NCBI GenBank assembly: GCA_043810925.1
Contig: JBDRNT010000036.1
Coordinates: forward strand, 1-64,000
DNA length: 64,000 bases
Direction: 5' to 3'
Source: Candidatus Eiseniibacteriota bacterium
GTDB lineage: Bacteria > Arandabacterota > Arandabacteria > Arandabacterales > Arandabacteraceae
Of the stretch, positions 9,869 through 18,887 are shown in pieces. The notes beneath the pieces were generated by a model, which had not been told where the DNA came from, searched no databases, and worked only from the letters and a program-made list of their open reading frames with translations. The position numbers and the translations under genes were made by a program. How positions within the stretch are numbered: the stretch's first letter is position 1; each line of letters opens with the position of its first letter.

Positions 9869-10948
9869 ATGCCGAGAGTAAAGACAACCGAAAGACCTCT
9901 TCCCGGACGGCTCGATCTCGTTTTCTCTGCCTTCATCGAAGTCACGGGTCTCATAACCTCAGGGGCATCCATCGCGAGAATAGTGTCGCCCATTCTTGCC
10001 TGTGCAAGCGAGATCTTATCGGGCAAGGCCGCCTTTGCCATTCTCGAGCAGCATGGCACATTCACACGGATCTCCCACCTCTACGATACCCGAAGGGGGC
10101 GTCCGGTGATCAGGGAGGACAGCATAAAGATCACAGGCCCACTGGAGAAGATTTACAGGAAGCGGAAGGCCGCCGTCATATCCAGTGTCGGCACGGCCAG
10201 GCAGTTTGAGCGGCTGACCGGTTTCGACGAGAGCAAGATGTTGGGCCCCGTGATTACGGCGGGACTCATGTACCGGAGAGCAAAGCTCGGCACAATCGGA
10301 GTGGTTCTCCGCAAGGGCCGCACCCCCGCACCCGATGAGGTTGGGCTCTTTGATCTGCTCGCTCATGAGGCGGGCGTGGTCATTAAGACCGCGAGGGAGT
10401 TTGAACGCACTCAGACGCTTTCAATCACGGACGGTCTCACGGGTGCATACAACTACCGCTTTCTGATCGATTCCATCAGGAAGGAGATCGGCCGGGCGGA
10501 GCGCTTCAGGGAGGAATTCGCTATAATAATGCTGGATGTCGATGGGCTCAAGGAGTATAACGATGTTCACGGCCACCTCGGTGGCAGCGGTGTGATAAAG
10601 CGAATCGCCGCAATTGCCGGCGCGAAACTGAGAGCAATCGATATGCTGTGTAAGTACGGAGGAGACGAGTTCGTCGTGGTGCTGCCCAGAACGCCCAAGA
10701 AAGGCGCAGCGCTCGCCGCAGAACGCATAAGGCAATCCATAGAGGACCATGCCTTTCCGGGTGAGAGTAAGACCGGCAAGATCACGATGAGTATGGGGAT
10801 AGCATCGTTTCCCGAAGACGGGAGAACCGTTCACGATCTTATCGAGAGAGCCGACAGAGCGCTCTACAAGGCCAAGAGACACGGAAGGAACACGGTATGG
10901 GTAAGCGGAGACAGAACAGCATATTCACTAAGCTTAGACGGAAGATAA
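9869..10948 (+). CDS. GAF-GGDEF diguanylate cyclase
   Basis: TDGLTG, DVDGLKEYND and an intact GGDEF, with an RxxD I-site (RAID) five residues upstream. Confidence 0.93.
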   Translation: MPRVKTTERPLPGRLDLVFSAFIEVTGLITSGASIARIVSPILACASEILSGKAAFAILEQHGTFTRISHLYDTRRGRPVIREDSIKITGPLEKIYRKRKAAVISSVGTARQFERLTGFDESKMLGPVITAGLMYRRAKLGTIGVVLRKGRTPAPDEVGLFDLLAHEAGVVIKTAREFERTQTLSITDGLTGAYNYRFLIDSIRKEIGRAERFREEFAIIMLDVDGLKEYNDVHGHLGGSGVIKRIAAIAGAKLRAIDMLCKYGGDEFVVVLPRTPKKGAALAAERIRQSIEDHAFPGESKTGKITMSMGIASFPEDGRTVHDLIERADRALYKAKRHGRNTVWVSGDRTAYSLSLDGR

Positions 10949-12222
10949 GACATCGTGAAGCCAGCCTGGCCGTGATCGGTCTCGGCTATGTCGGCCTCCC
11001 GCTCGCAGTGGAGATGGCGAGGGCGGGGCTTAAGGTCTACGGGATCGATGTCGACGCTGAGAAGGTCAGGATGGTGAATGCGGGAGACTCCTATATCCAG
11101 GACGTCCCCAGCAAGACCCTGAAATCGGTCGTCAGGCGTAAGAGCCTCATGGCCACCACCGACTTCAGCATCCTGGCCCGGTGCGATGCAATCGATATAT
11201 GCGTTCCGACACCTCTTCGCAAGACCAAGGATCCCGACATATCCTACATAATCAGTGCCGTCGAACACATCGGCGCCCACTTGAGAAGAGGGCAGCTCGT
11301 TATACTTGAGAGCACCACGTATCCGGGGACAACCGAGGAAGTGATACTTCCGAGGCTTGAGCAGACAGGATACAAGGTCGGCAAGGATTTCTTCCTTGCG
11401 TTTTCGCCTGAGAGGGTGGACCCGGGTAACCGCGAATACACGACCGGCTGTATCCCCAAGGTGGTTGGTGGTATCACAGAGAGCTGCACGCAGATCGCGT
11501 CAGAGCTTTACATGATCAGTATCGACGCTGTCGTGCAGGTATCCTCTAGCACGGTTGCAGAAATGGTGAAGTTGCTTGAAAACACTTTCAGGAGCGTCAA
11601 CATCGGGCTCGTCAATGAAATGTGCTTGATGTGCGACCGGATGAATATCGATGTCTGGGAGGTGATTGAGGCCGCCGCTACCAAGCCTTTCGGATTCCTC
11701 AAGCACTATCCCGGTCCGGGCCTCGGCGGTCACTGCATCCCGATTGACCCCTTCTATCTTTCCTGGAAGGCCAAGATGGCGGGCTTTGAACCGAGGTTTA
11801 TCGAGCTCGCGGGCCAGATCAACTCAAGCATGCCCGACTATGTGATCTCGAAGATCAACGATGTCTTAAACGACAGCAAGAAGAGCATAAGGGGTTCAAA
11901 GGTACTGATCCTGGGAGCGGCGTATAAGCCCGACGTGAGTGATACGCGCGAATCACCGGCAATAGACATAATCCGGATGCTGATTGAACGAGGAGCAAGA
12001 GTCGTCTATGCCGACCCTCATGTGGATGAGATCAAATTCGACGGGATAACGATGCAAAGTGTCCCGATCTCAGGTAAGAAGATAAGCGTATACGACTGTG
12101 TGGTTATTGTAACAAACCACGCTGCGTTTAATTATGATATGATAGTAAGGTGCTCACGTGCTGTTGTAGATACACGTAATGCGCTCAAGGACTTTAGTTC
12201 GAGGAAGATAAGGACGATCTGA
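10897..12222 (+). CDS. UDP-N-acetylhexosamine 6-dehydrogenase (WbpA/WecC-like)
   Basis: GLGYVGLP, CVPTP, ESTTYPGTT, SPERVDPG and GGHCIPIDP motifs. Confidence 0.93.
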   Translation: MGKRRQNSIFTKLRRKIRHREASLAVIGLGYVGLPLAVEMARAGLKVYGIDVDAEKVRMVNAGDSYIQDVPSKTLKSVVRRKSLMATTDFSILARCDAIDICVPTPLRKTKDPDISYIISAVEHIGAHLRRGQLVILESTTYPGTTEEVILPRLEQTGYKVGKDFFLAFSPERVDPGNREYTTGCIPKVVGGITESCTQIASELYMISIDAVVQVSSSTVAEMVKLLENTFRSVNIGLVNEMCLMCDRMNIDVWEVIEAAATKPFGFLKHYPGPGLGGHCIPIDPFYLSWKAKMAGFEPRFIELAGQINSSMPDYVISKINDVLNDSKKSIRGSKVLILGAAYKPDVSDTRESPAIDIIRMLIERGARVVYADPHVDEIKFDGITMQSVPISGKKISVYDCVVIVTNHAAFNYDMIVRCSRAVVDTRNALKDFSSRKIRTI

Positions 12223-12230
12223 GGAACAGG

Positions 12231-13163
12231 ATGGCCAAGTATGTGATTACAGGCGGCGCAGGTTTTATTGGCTCCAACATCGCCAGGAAGCTCATCGGTC
12301 TCGGTGAGGAAGTTGTCATACTCGATGATTTTTCAACGGGTAAGCGTGAGAACCTCGAGGATATTAAGAGCAAGGTCAATCTCGTCGAGGGCGACATCTG
12401 TAACGTTGACGTCGTCGAGCAGGCGGTAAAAGGGGCCGATTACGTGCTTCACCACGCGGCCGTTGTCTCCGTCCCGAGATCGGTCGAGGACCCGGTGCGT
12501 ACCAACGAAGTCAATGTGGACGGGACCCTTAATTGCCTGCTGGCCGCGCGGGATGCCGGAGTCAGGCGGTTCGTGTTCGCGGCTTCCTCATCAGCCTATG
12601 GCGACAGCGTGGAGCTCCCCAAACGCGAGGACATGAGACCTGATCCGCTTTCGCCTTATGGAATTGCCAAGCTGGTGGGGGAGATGTATTGCAAGGTGTT
12701 CTTCGATGTCTACGGTCTTGAGACCGTAAGCTTGAGATACTTCAACATCTTCGGTCCCTACCAGGACCCCGCTTCGCAGTACGCCGCGGTTGTACCCATC
12801 TTCATAACGAAGCTCCTTGAGGGTGAGAGTCCGATAGTCTACGGCGACGGCGAGCAGTCGAGGGACTTCACCTACATCGATAATGCGGTTGAGGCCAATA
12901 TTCTGGCTACGACATCGCCCAGGGCACCGGGCAAGGTCATCAATGTGGCCTGCGGCACCAGGTTCACCCTCAATGATCTCTTCAGGCGGGTTTCCGATCT
13001 CATTGGAACCAAGACGCCGGCGACCTATACCGAACCGAGAGCAGGTGACATCCTCCATTCCCAGGGTGACATCTCGGTCGCCTCGGACCTGCTCGGATAT
13101 AGCCCCAGGATCACTTTCGAGGCAGGCCTCGCGAAGACCGTGGACTGGTTCAGAAGTAGGTAG
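12231..13163 (+). CDS. NAD-dependent nucleotide-sugar epimerase (WbpP/GalE-like extended SDR)
   Basis: TGGAGFIG, YxxxK (YGIAK), RYFNIFGP and GDGEQSRDF motifs. Confidence 0.93.
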   Translation: MAKYVITGGAGFIGSNIARKLIGLGEEVVILDDFSTGKRENLEDIKSKVNLVEGDICNVDVVEQAVKGADYVLHHAAVVSVPRSVEDPVRTNEVNVDGTLNCLLAARDAGVRRFVFAASSSAYGDSVELPKREDMRPDPLSPYGIAKLVGEMYCKVFFDVYGLETVSLRYFNIFGPYQDPASQYAAVVPIFITKLLEGESPIVYGDGEQSRDFTYIDNAVEANILATTSPRAPGKVINVACGTRFTLNDLFRRVSDLIGTKTPATYTEPRAGDILHSQGDISVASDLLGYSPRITFEAGLAKTVDWFRSR

Positions 13164-13185
13164 CGTCGGGTCTCTGTGCCCGACG
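13160..13185 (+). repeat. REP-like palindrome (GTAG + hairpin)
   Basis: GTAG-CGTCGGG-tctctgtg-CCCGACG, overlapping the epimerase stop codon; further copies occur in the window. Confidence 0.7.
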
Positions 13186-13223
13186 TAATCTCGAAGCCGT
13201 CACCGCATCTCTGTCAGAAATGT

Positions 13224-14195
13224 CTACCTGAACATCGCCTTTATGCTGCCCCAGGTCTCGGGTTCGGCAGCACCAGGGCATTCCCAGTAGAGTCCCGTGC
13301 AGCCCGGGCCGGTCCACGGTACGTAGTTGATACTTCCTTTGTGAGCGACGATCTTACTTGGATCGGGACACAAGGTTCCCCAATAGGTCATACGGAGATC
13401 TGTCACTGACCTCGGATCATCGACCCCGCTGTATACATCGTAGTCTCCATTGTCATTAATCTCATTCCCGTCCGCCGGCAGAAAGGTACCAGCGAAATAG
13501 GGCTCACAGAAGACGTCCGTGACGATCACCAAGCCATAGTGCCCGTTCTCCGTGAGGACATTCCTGGTGAGTAATGCTGGAGAGCACTTCCAGAACTCGA
13601 TTCCTGTGATGAACGATTGTGTAATGAGGTTTCCGGTAATGGTCGGGGCGGCGTCATAGCACCAAATACCCAGATTGCAGTTGGTGATTGTGTTGTTCTC
13701 AATTGCAAGATCGGCGTTTGAAGGAACGTTCCCGCAATCGATCCCTTCCTCGCAATATGAGATGTGGCAGTTCCTAATCTTGGTGGGCCCCTCACCGACT
13801 CCGTATACAGCGATCCCGTAACGAAACGAATAGACTATATTGTCTTCCACAAGCACCCCTGATGAGGAGATAGAAATCCCTTCATCCAGATAGCCGCTCA
13901 TACTGCGCACGTAACATCCCGTGTCGCCGATTGTGAAGCCCTGTACCACGGCGTCCGTAATCGAACTGCAGGAGATGGCGAAACCAGCGAATTCAGAGCT
14001 GTAAAGCAGGGTAGTCACCTCCGGCCCTCCTTCGGACATAAGTACAACGCCGCTCTTCATCTCTATCCAGACGTAATACCCGTAGGGGTTCACCACCTCT
14101 CTCTCCATGCAGTACGTTCCGGGGGCAACCAGAACCGTATCACCATATCCTGCCGAGTCCACAGCCCCATAGATCGTGAGATGCTCCGAGGGCAC
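13224..14195 (-). CDS. Right-handed parallel beta-helix (pectin lyase-like) exported protein with C-terminal TWGSIKAMFR tail; 5' end appears truncated
   Basis: GDTVLVAPGTY start motif and repeated (I/V)xxNxI strands. Only the end of a signal peptide (LTVASAGFAYS) lies in frame upstream, with no in-frame ATG nearby. Confidence 0.8.
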   Translation of the reverse strand: MPSEHLTIYGAVDSAGYGDTVLVAPGTYCMEREVVNPYGYYVWIEMKSGVVLMSEGGPEVTTLLYSSEFAGFAISCSSITDAVVQGFTIGDTGCYVRSMSGYLDEGISISSSGVLVEDNIVYSFRYGIAVYGVGEGPTKIRNCHISYCEEGIDCGNVPSNADLAIENNTITNCNLGIWCYDAAPTITGNLITQSFITGIEFWKCSPALLTRNVLTENGHYGLVIVTDVFCEPYFAGTFLPADGNEINDNGDYDVYSGVDDPRSVTDLRMTYWGTLCPDPSKIVAHKGSINYVPWTGPGCTGLYWECPGAAEPETWGSIKAMFR

Positions 14196-14254
14196 CCGCC
14201 AGCTATAGGCAAAACCAGCTGAGGCAACGGTGAGCCGGCAGAAGCGCCCCTCGC

Positions 14255-14282
14255 TAAAGGGATCATGCTGAAAGGCCGAAGT
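14255..14282 (+). promoter_or_regulatory. Sigma28-like promoter upstream of the kinase/activator pair
   Basis: TAAA-N16-GCCGAAGT; same 16-bp spacing as the cheA promoter. Confidence 0.55.
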
Positions 14283-14310
14283 ATATGTATACCAGGGGAA
14301 TTGTATGGCC

Positions 14311-14379
14311 GCCGGGCGCGGAGACCCGATTCGCCGGGTACAAAGGCCCGGCTCGTCGGGCGCAGAGGCCCGACGCTAC
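14311..14379 (-). repeat. Three tandem REP-like hairpins
   Basis: The minus strand reads GTAG-CGTCGGG-cctctgcg-CCCGACG, followed by two degenerate copies with 8-nt loops. Confidence 0.65.
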
Positions 14380-14389
14380 GGCCCTTTGG

Positions 14390-15973
14390 ATGGAGACGAA
14401 CGTGCTTTCAATACCGGTCATTAAAGATTTCATCAAGTCCCGACACACCCGGAGGCAGGGACCCGATCTGGGCGAAGGATTCTTCCATGGTCCGGGCGGG
14501 ACTCCCATTGCCGATACCACGTCGTATCTTCTACATCTCGCCAAGCATCTTGATCTTGACTTGCTTGCACTCATTGAACTTGACCCCGAGGGCAAGTCGG
14601 CAAGACTGACAGCGGCCGGAAACGGCGGGGTCACTTGTGAGCTCACGATACCTTCATTTGAAAACGGCGGGATGATCTCAAGACTGGTCACAGAGGCCAG
14701 ACCGGCAAGTGGGTCGGGCAAGGTTTTCACAAGGGATGAGGTATTCCCGTGTGGCGAAACCTGGTGTGACTTGATCCCGATGGATTCAAGCGTACCGTAT
14801 TTCTTCGTGCCCTGGAGCACGCTGCCTGCCCCACCGGAAAATCCCCGAATATCCAATGAGACAGCGAAACGCCGGTTCGTACTCGTGACCTCGGACACGG
14901 GACCTGGTGAGGACGCCAACCTGGCGCTTAAAGCTCTAGCGTGTGCCGGTTTGATCTCCTGCGAAGCCGCGGGGCCGGAAGCAGGTGGAGTCTCTCAGTC
15001 CACCGAGACGCTGGGCGGGTTTCTGCTGAGGGAAGGGTACTCGTTCTGCACCGTCACTCACGATGGTATCGTCTCGGATACGACCGGAGGCATTTTCGAG
15101 AAGTATGATTCAGACTCGCTTATGAGTCTGATGCGAAAGATCGAGGCCCTGAGTGACCCCAAAGCCAGTGGGAGCGGTGGGCCGCATGACATTACACCTG
15201 AGAGCATTCAGGATACGAGGATACTCGCGCACACCATTGCCTCATCCGACGGACGGGGCCGCCGGGTCATACTGAGGACGGGCGGCATAGCACCGACCCG
15301 CGAGGCACACCAGGACAGGTTTACGATGCTCAGTCGGTTCATGTCGAGCATCGCACATGAAATAAAGAATCCGCTCACCGGAATCGCCGCCGGAGTCCAG
15401 TATCTCTCCAAGAAACTCGAGTCCGGTAGCACCGAAGATGAGACCGTCGAATTCGTGCTGACCGAGATCAACAGGCTCAACAGGATCGTAGACGACCTCT
15501 ACCGGATAGCCAAGCCGCCCGAACTCGTTCTTGCCAAAACCTCTGCAAACGTAACGGTCGGAAAGAGCCTGCTCTGCCTGAGTGAAGAGATCCTGAGGAA
15601 GCGGTTGTCCGTCGAGCAGGATCTCGATAAGGACATACCCGAGTTCGACGCCGATGCCGACAGATTACAGCAGGTATTGATCAACATCATAAAGAACGCT
15701 GTCGAGGTGAGTTCAGAGAACGCCACCGTGAGAATAAAGACTGCACGGCAGGGACCAAATGTTGTGATTCGCGTCTCGGACAGCGGCACCGGCATCGCGG
15801 AGGCGGATGCGGAGAGGATCTTTGAGCCGTTCTACAGCACGAAGAAGGGCGGTACGGGTCTGGGGCTATGCATCTGCCAGCGAATAGTCGATCAGCACGG
15901 AGGCCGGATCCTCATCGAAACATCTCGGGATGGAGGGACGACCTTCATTATCGAGCTGCCGCTTAAGGAGTAA
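14390..15973 (+). CDS. Cytoplasmic NtrB/PilS-like sensor histidine kinase
   Basis: H-box IAHEIKNPL, N-box QVLINIIKNA, DSGTGI, IFEPFYSTK and GTGLGL motifs; no TM segment seen. Start chosen downstream of the promoter. Confidence 0.9.
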   Translation: METNVLSIPVIKDFIKSRHTRRQGPDLGEGFFHGPGGTPIADTTSYLLHLAKHLDLDLLALIELDPEGKSARLTAAGNGGVTCELTIPSFENGGMISRLVTEARPASGSGKVFTRDEVFPCGETWCDLIPMDSSVPYFFVPWSTLPAPPENPRISNETAKRRFVLVTSDTGPGEDANLALKALACAGLISCEAAGPEAGGVSQSTETLGGFLLREGYSFCTVTHDGIVSDTTGGIFEKYDSDSLMSLMRKIEALSDPKASGSGGPHDITPESIQDTRILAHTIASSDGRGRRVILRTGGIAPTREAHQDRFTMLSRFMSSIAHEIKNPLTGIAAGVQYLSKKLESGSTEDETVEFVLTEINRLNRIVDDLYRIAKPPELVLAKTSANVTVGKSLLCLSEEILRKRLSVEQDLDKDIPEFDADADRLQQVLINIIKNAVEVSSENATVRIKTARQGPNVVIRVSDSGTGIAEADAERIFEPFYSTKKGGTGLGLCICQRIVDQHGGRILIETSRDGGTTFIIELPLKE

Positions 15974-15975
15974 AC

Positions 15976-17397
15976 ATGGCGAGCGTGTTGGTAGTCGATG
16001 ACCAGGACTCCATACGGCATTTCGTCTCAAAGGCGATGGAAGATGAAGGACATGATGTGCGTTCCGCATCTTCCGGGGAAGAAGCACTTGAGCAGTGCGC
16101 TTCCGACCCGCCTGACGCTGTCATCCTCGATCTGAAAATGCCCGGCATAAGCGGCATGGAGGTCCTGGACAGGATAAAGGAATCGCACAGGGAGACTATC
16201 GTCATCATGATAACCGCCTATGGCGAGATCTCCTCGGCGGTCAAGGCGATGAGAAAGGGCGCGTTCGACTATATTGTAAAACCAGTTGATCTCGATCATC
16301 TCATACTCAGTCTGAACAGGGCGCTTGAGTCGAAGAAACTCTGGCTTGAGATCGCCCACTGGCGCAAGAAACAGCTCCTGAGGTTTGATTTCGATTTTGT
16401 TGTGGGTGTGAGCCGTGCGATGCAGGAACTGATGAGCGTGGTTGAGAATCTTGCCAGGAGCAATACAACCACCGTCTTGATAGAAGGGGAGAGCGGTACA
16501 GGCAAGGAACTGATTGCCAACATGGTCCACAGGCTGAGCCCGAGACGGGATGAGCCCTTGATGGAGATAAACTGCGCGTCGCTCCCCGAGCAGTTGCTCG
16601 AAAGCGAGCTCTTCGGCCACGAGCGGGGTTCCTTCACTGATGCCAAGACCCAGAAGCGGGGCCTCTTTGAGCTCGCCGATGGCGGTACGATCTTCCTCGA
16701 TGAAGTCGGTGAGATGAGTCTCACGATCCAGGTGAAACTCCTGAGGGTGATGGAACGCATGACTTTTAAGCGTGTGGGAGGCACACACGATATCAAGGTC
16801 GACCTCAGGATAGTCTCGGCCACAAACAAGGACCTTGCGAAGGCGGTCAGTGACGGCAGCTTCAGGGAAGACCTCTACTACAGGCTCAAGGTAGTGCCGC
16901 TTAAGTTACCCGCCCTGCGTGAGCGAAAGGAAGACATAGAACTGCTGGCGAAGCACTTCCTCAATCATTACAACACCATTTTTTCAAAGAACTTCCGCGG
17001 CATATCGGAAAGGGCGCTCAGGGTGATGCAAACGTACCGGTGGCCCGGGAACGTGAGAGAACTTAAGAACGTGATGGAGCGGGGAGTACTCCTCTATGAG
17101 GGCGATCTTATAGAGCCCGAACACCTTTCACTGGGTGAACTTGCCGGTACTGAGCGGCGCCGGTCCATACAGACGATTGAGGACGCTATGTCGGCGGGCA
17201 TCCCCGAAAACGGCATTGATTTCGATAACTTGATATGTGATATTGAAGGGGAATTGATAGAAAGGGCGCTCAGACAGAGCGACTATAACCAGAGTTCGGC
17301 AGCCCGCCTGCTCGGGATAAAGCGGGACAAGCTGCGCTACAAGATCAAGGGGCTGGGACTTGCGATCGATGCTAAGGAAGGCATTAGCCCGACATAA
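15976..17397 (+). CDS. Sigma54-dependent response regulator (REC-AAA+-HTH; NtrC/AtoC/PilR-like)
   Basis: VVDD...LDLKMP receiver, GESGTGKE, ELFGHERGSFTDA, FREDLYYRL, WPGNVREL and a Fis-type HTH. Confidence 0.95.
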   Translation: MASVLVVDDQDSIRHFVSKAMEDEGHDVRSASSGEEALEQCASDPPDAVILDLKMPGISGMEVLDRIKESHRETIVIMITAYGEISSAVKAMRKGAFDYIVKPVDLDHLILSLNRALESKKLWLEIAHWRKKQLLRFDFDFVVGVSRAMQELMSVVENLARSNTTTVLIEGESGTGKELIANMVHRLSPRRDEPLMEINCASLPEQLLESELFGHERGSFTDAKTQKRGLFELADGGTIFLDEVGEMSLTIQVKLLRVMERMTFKRVGGTHDIKVDLRIVSATNKDLAKAVSDGSFREDLYYRLKVVPLKLPALRERKEDIELLAKHFLNHYNTIFSKNFRGISERALRVMQTYRWPGNVRELKNVMERGVLLYEGDLIEPEHLSLGELAGTERRRSIQTIEDAMSAGIPENGIDFDNLICDIEGELIERALRQSDYNQSSAARLLGIKRDKLRYKIKGLGLAIDAKEGISPT

Positions 17398-17881
17398 GCA
17401 CATCGCACCCGTTTGTCTCCTCCTCGCCCTGGCCTGCGGTTACTCTGCAGGCAACCTCCTTCCCGGACACATAAAGAAGATCTACATCCCCACATTCGAA
17501 AACGAGACCACCAAGTACGGTATCGAACAGGACCTCACGACAGCCGTCACCGACGTATTCACGGATGACAACAGGCTCTCGGTCGTCTCCGAGGGTGAAG
17601 CCGACGCCATGCTCAGGGGCGTCATAATCAAGTACGAGAAGGGTGCGCTCACCTTCGACAGGGCGCAGACGGTGGATGAGTTTAAGATCGAGATCACCGT
17701 ATCGGTTCAACTTGAGGACTTGCATGAGGGTAAGATTCTGTGGGAAGAGGACAACTTCCGGGCATGGGAATCCTATACCGAGGGAGGCGATGAAGCGGAG
17801 GGAGGCGAGACTCAAGCCATCGAAGCAGCGATAGCGACACTCGCATCAGACATGCTTTCCCGGACTATGGAGGGTTGGTAG
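17360..17881 (+). CDS. lptE: LptE-family LPS-assembly lipoprotein
   Basis: Lipobox LALAC-GY, LPGHIKKIYIPTFENET, ADAMLRG and C-terminal W; near leuS as in many genomes. Confidence 0.75.
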   Translation: MRSMLRKALARHKHIAPVCLLLALACGYSAGNLLPGHIKKIYIPTFENETTKYGIEQDLTTAVTDVFTDDNRLSVVSEGEADAMLRGVIIKYEKGALTFDRAQTVDEFKIEITVSVQLEDLHEGKILWEEDNFRAWESYTEGGDEAEGGETQAIEAAIATLASDMLSRTMEGW

Positions 17882-17882
17882 T

Positions 17883-18812
17883 ATGGCGGCGACCGATGTC
17901 ATAATCGTGGGTGCCGGCCCGGCCGGGCTTACGGCGGGACTCTACGCATCACGGAGCGGGCTGGCCACAACCATATACGAGCGGGGCTTACCGGGCGGTC
18001 TTGCCGCCTCCGCGGCACTGATAGAAAACTACCCCGGTTTTCCCGAGGGGATCTCAGGTATGGACCTCGGAGAGCGGATGCACGAGCAGGCGAAGAAGTT
18101 CGGGGCGAAGATCGTGAGTGAAAGTGTGGACCGCGTGCGCAAGGATGGAAACCGGATTCTCGTGTCCGTCAAGGGCGAGGACATTGCCGCACGGTCCGTC
18201 ATCATCGCGGCAGGTTCCACGCCCAAGTCGATCGGTGTTCCCGGTGAACGTTCGCTCACCGGCAAAGGGGTATCCTACTGTGCGACGTGTGATGGGCCGC
18301 TTTATAAGGATGCGCTGATCGCAGTCATAGGTGGTGGGGATTCGGCCCTACAGGAGGCGATCTTTCTTGCGAAATTCGGAAGCAAGGTTACGGTGATCCA
18401 CAGACGGGATGAGCTCCGGGCGGCTTCGGTACTTCAGAAAGAGGTCAGTGACAATCCCAAGATCGAGCTGGCTTTGAACAAAAATGTGAAGAGCATAGAA
18501 GGGGATAGCGAAGTGAAGGGTGTGCTCCTCGAAGATAAGAAGACACACGCTGAAGAGATGATAGCTGTCGATGGGGTCTTCATATATGTCGGCCTCAACC
18601 CGAATGTCGCAATGCTGGGTCCGGAGTTTGAACGGGGCAAAAGCGGTTTCCTCGTCACGGACTGTAACTTGGTAACCTCGGTCGCAGGAGTCCTTGCGGC
18701 GGGAGATGTGAGAGAGAAAGAACTGAGGCAGATCTCTACGGCGGTCGGTGAGGGCGCGATCGCTGCGATGTCGGCCTACGCCTACCTTGAAAGCCTTGAT
18801 AAGCAGGCTTGA
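17883..18812 (+). CDS. trxB: Thioredoxin reductase
   Basis: GAGPAG, IENYPGF, GVSYCATCDG, GGGDSA and AAGDVR motifs. Confidence 0.96.
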   Translation: MAATDVIIVGAGPAGLTAGLYASRSGLATTIYERGLPGGLAASAALIENYPGFPEGISGMDLGERMHEQAKKFGAKIVSESVDRVRKDGNRILVSVKGEDIAARSVIIAAGSTPKSIGVPGERSLTGKGVSYCATCDGPLYKDALIAVIGGGDSALQEAIFLAKFGSKVTVIHRRDELRAASVLQKEVSDNPKIELALNKNVKSIEGDSEVKGVLLEDKKTHAEEMIAVDGVFIYVGLNPNVAMLGPEFERGKSGFLVTDCNLVTSVAGVLAAGDVREKELRQISTAVGEGAIAAMSAYAYLESLDKQA

Positions 18813-18837
18813 CAGGGCTACGGATACCTTGTAGCTT
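18809..18837 (+). promoter_or_regulatory. Sigma70-like promoter of leuS
   Basis: TTGACA-N17-TAGCTT. Confidence 0.5.
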
Positions 18838-18887
18838 CATTCAAACCAAGCCGGTTCGTGGGAACCTCTACCGGAGCAGATGACCAC

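Noticed and set aside
7282-13163. Deacetylase and UDP-sugar genes as a full exopolysaccharide/PEP-CTERM locus
   Set aside because: No exosortase, Wzx/Wzy or PEP-CTERM protein is in the window, and the genes are interspersed with housekeeping genes.
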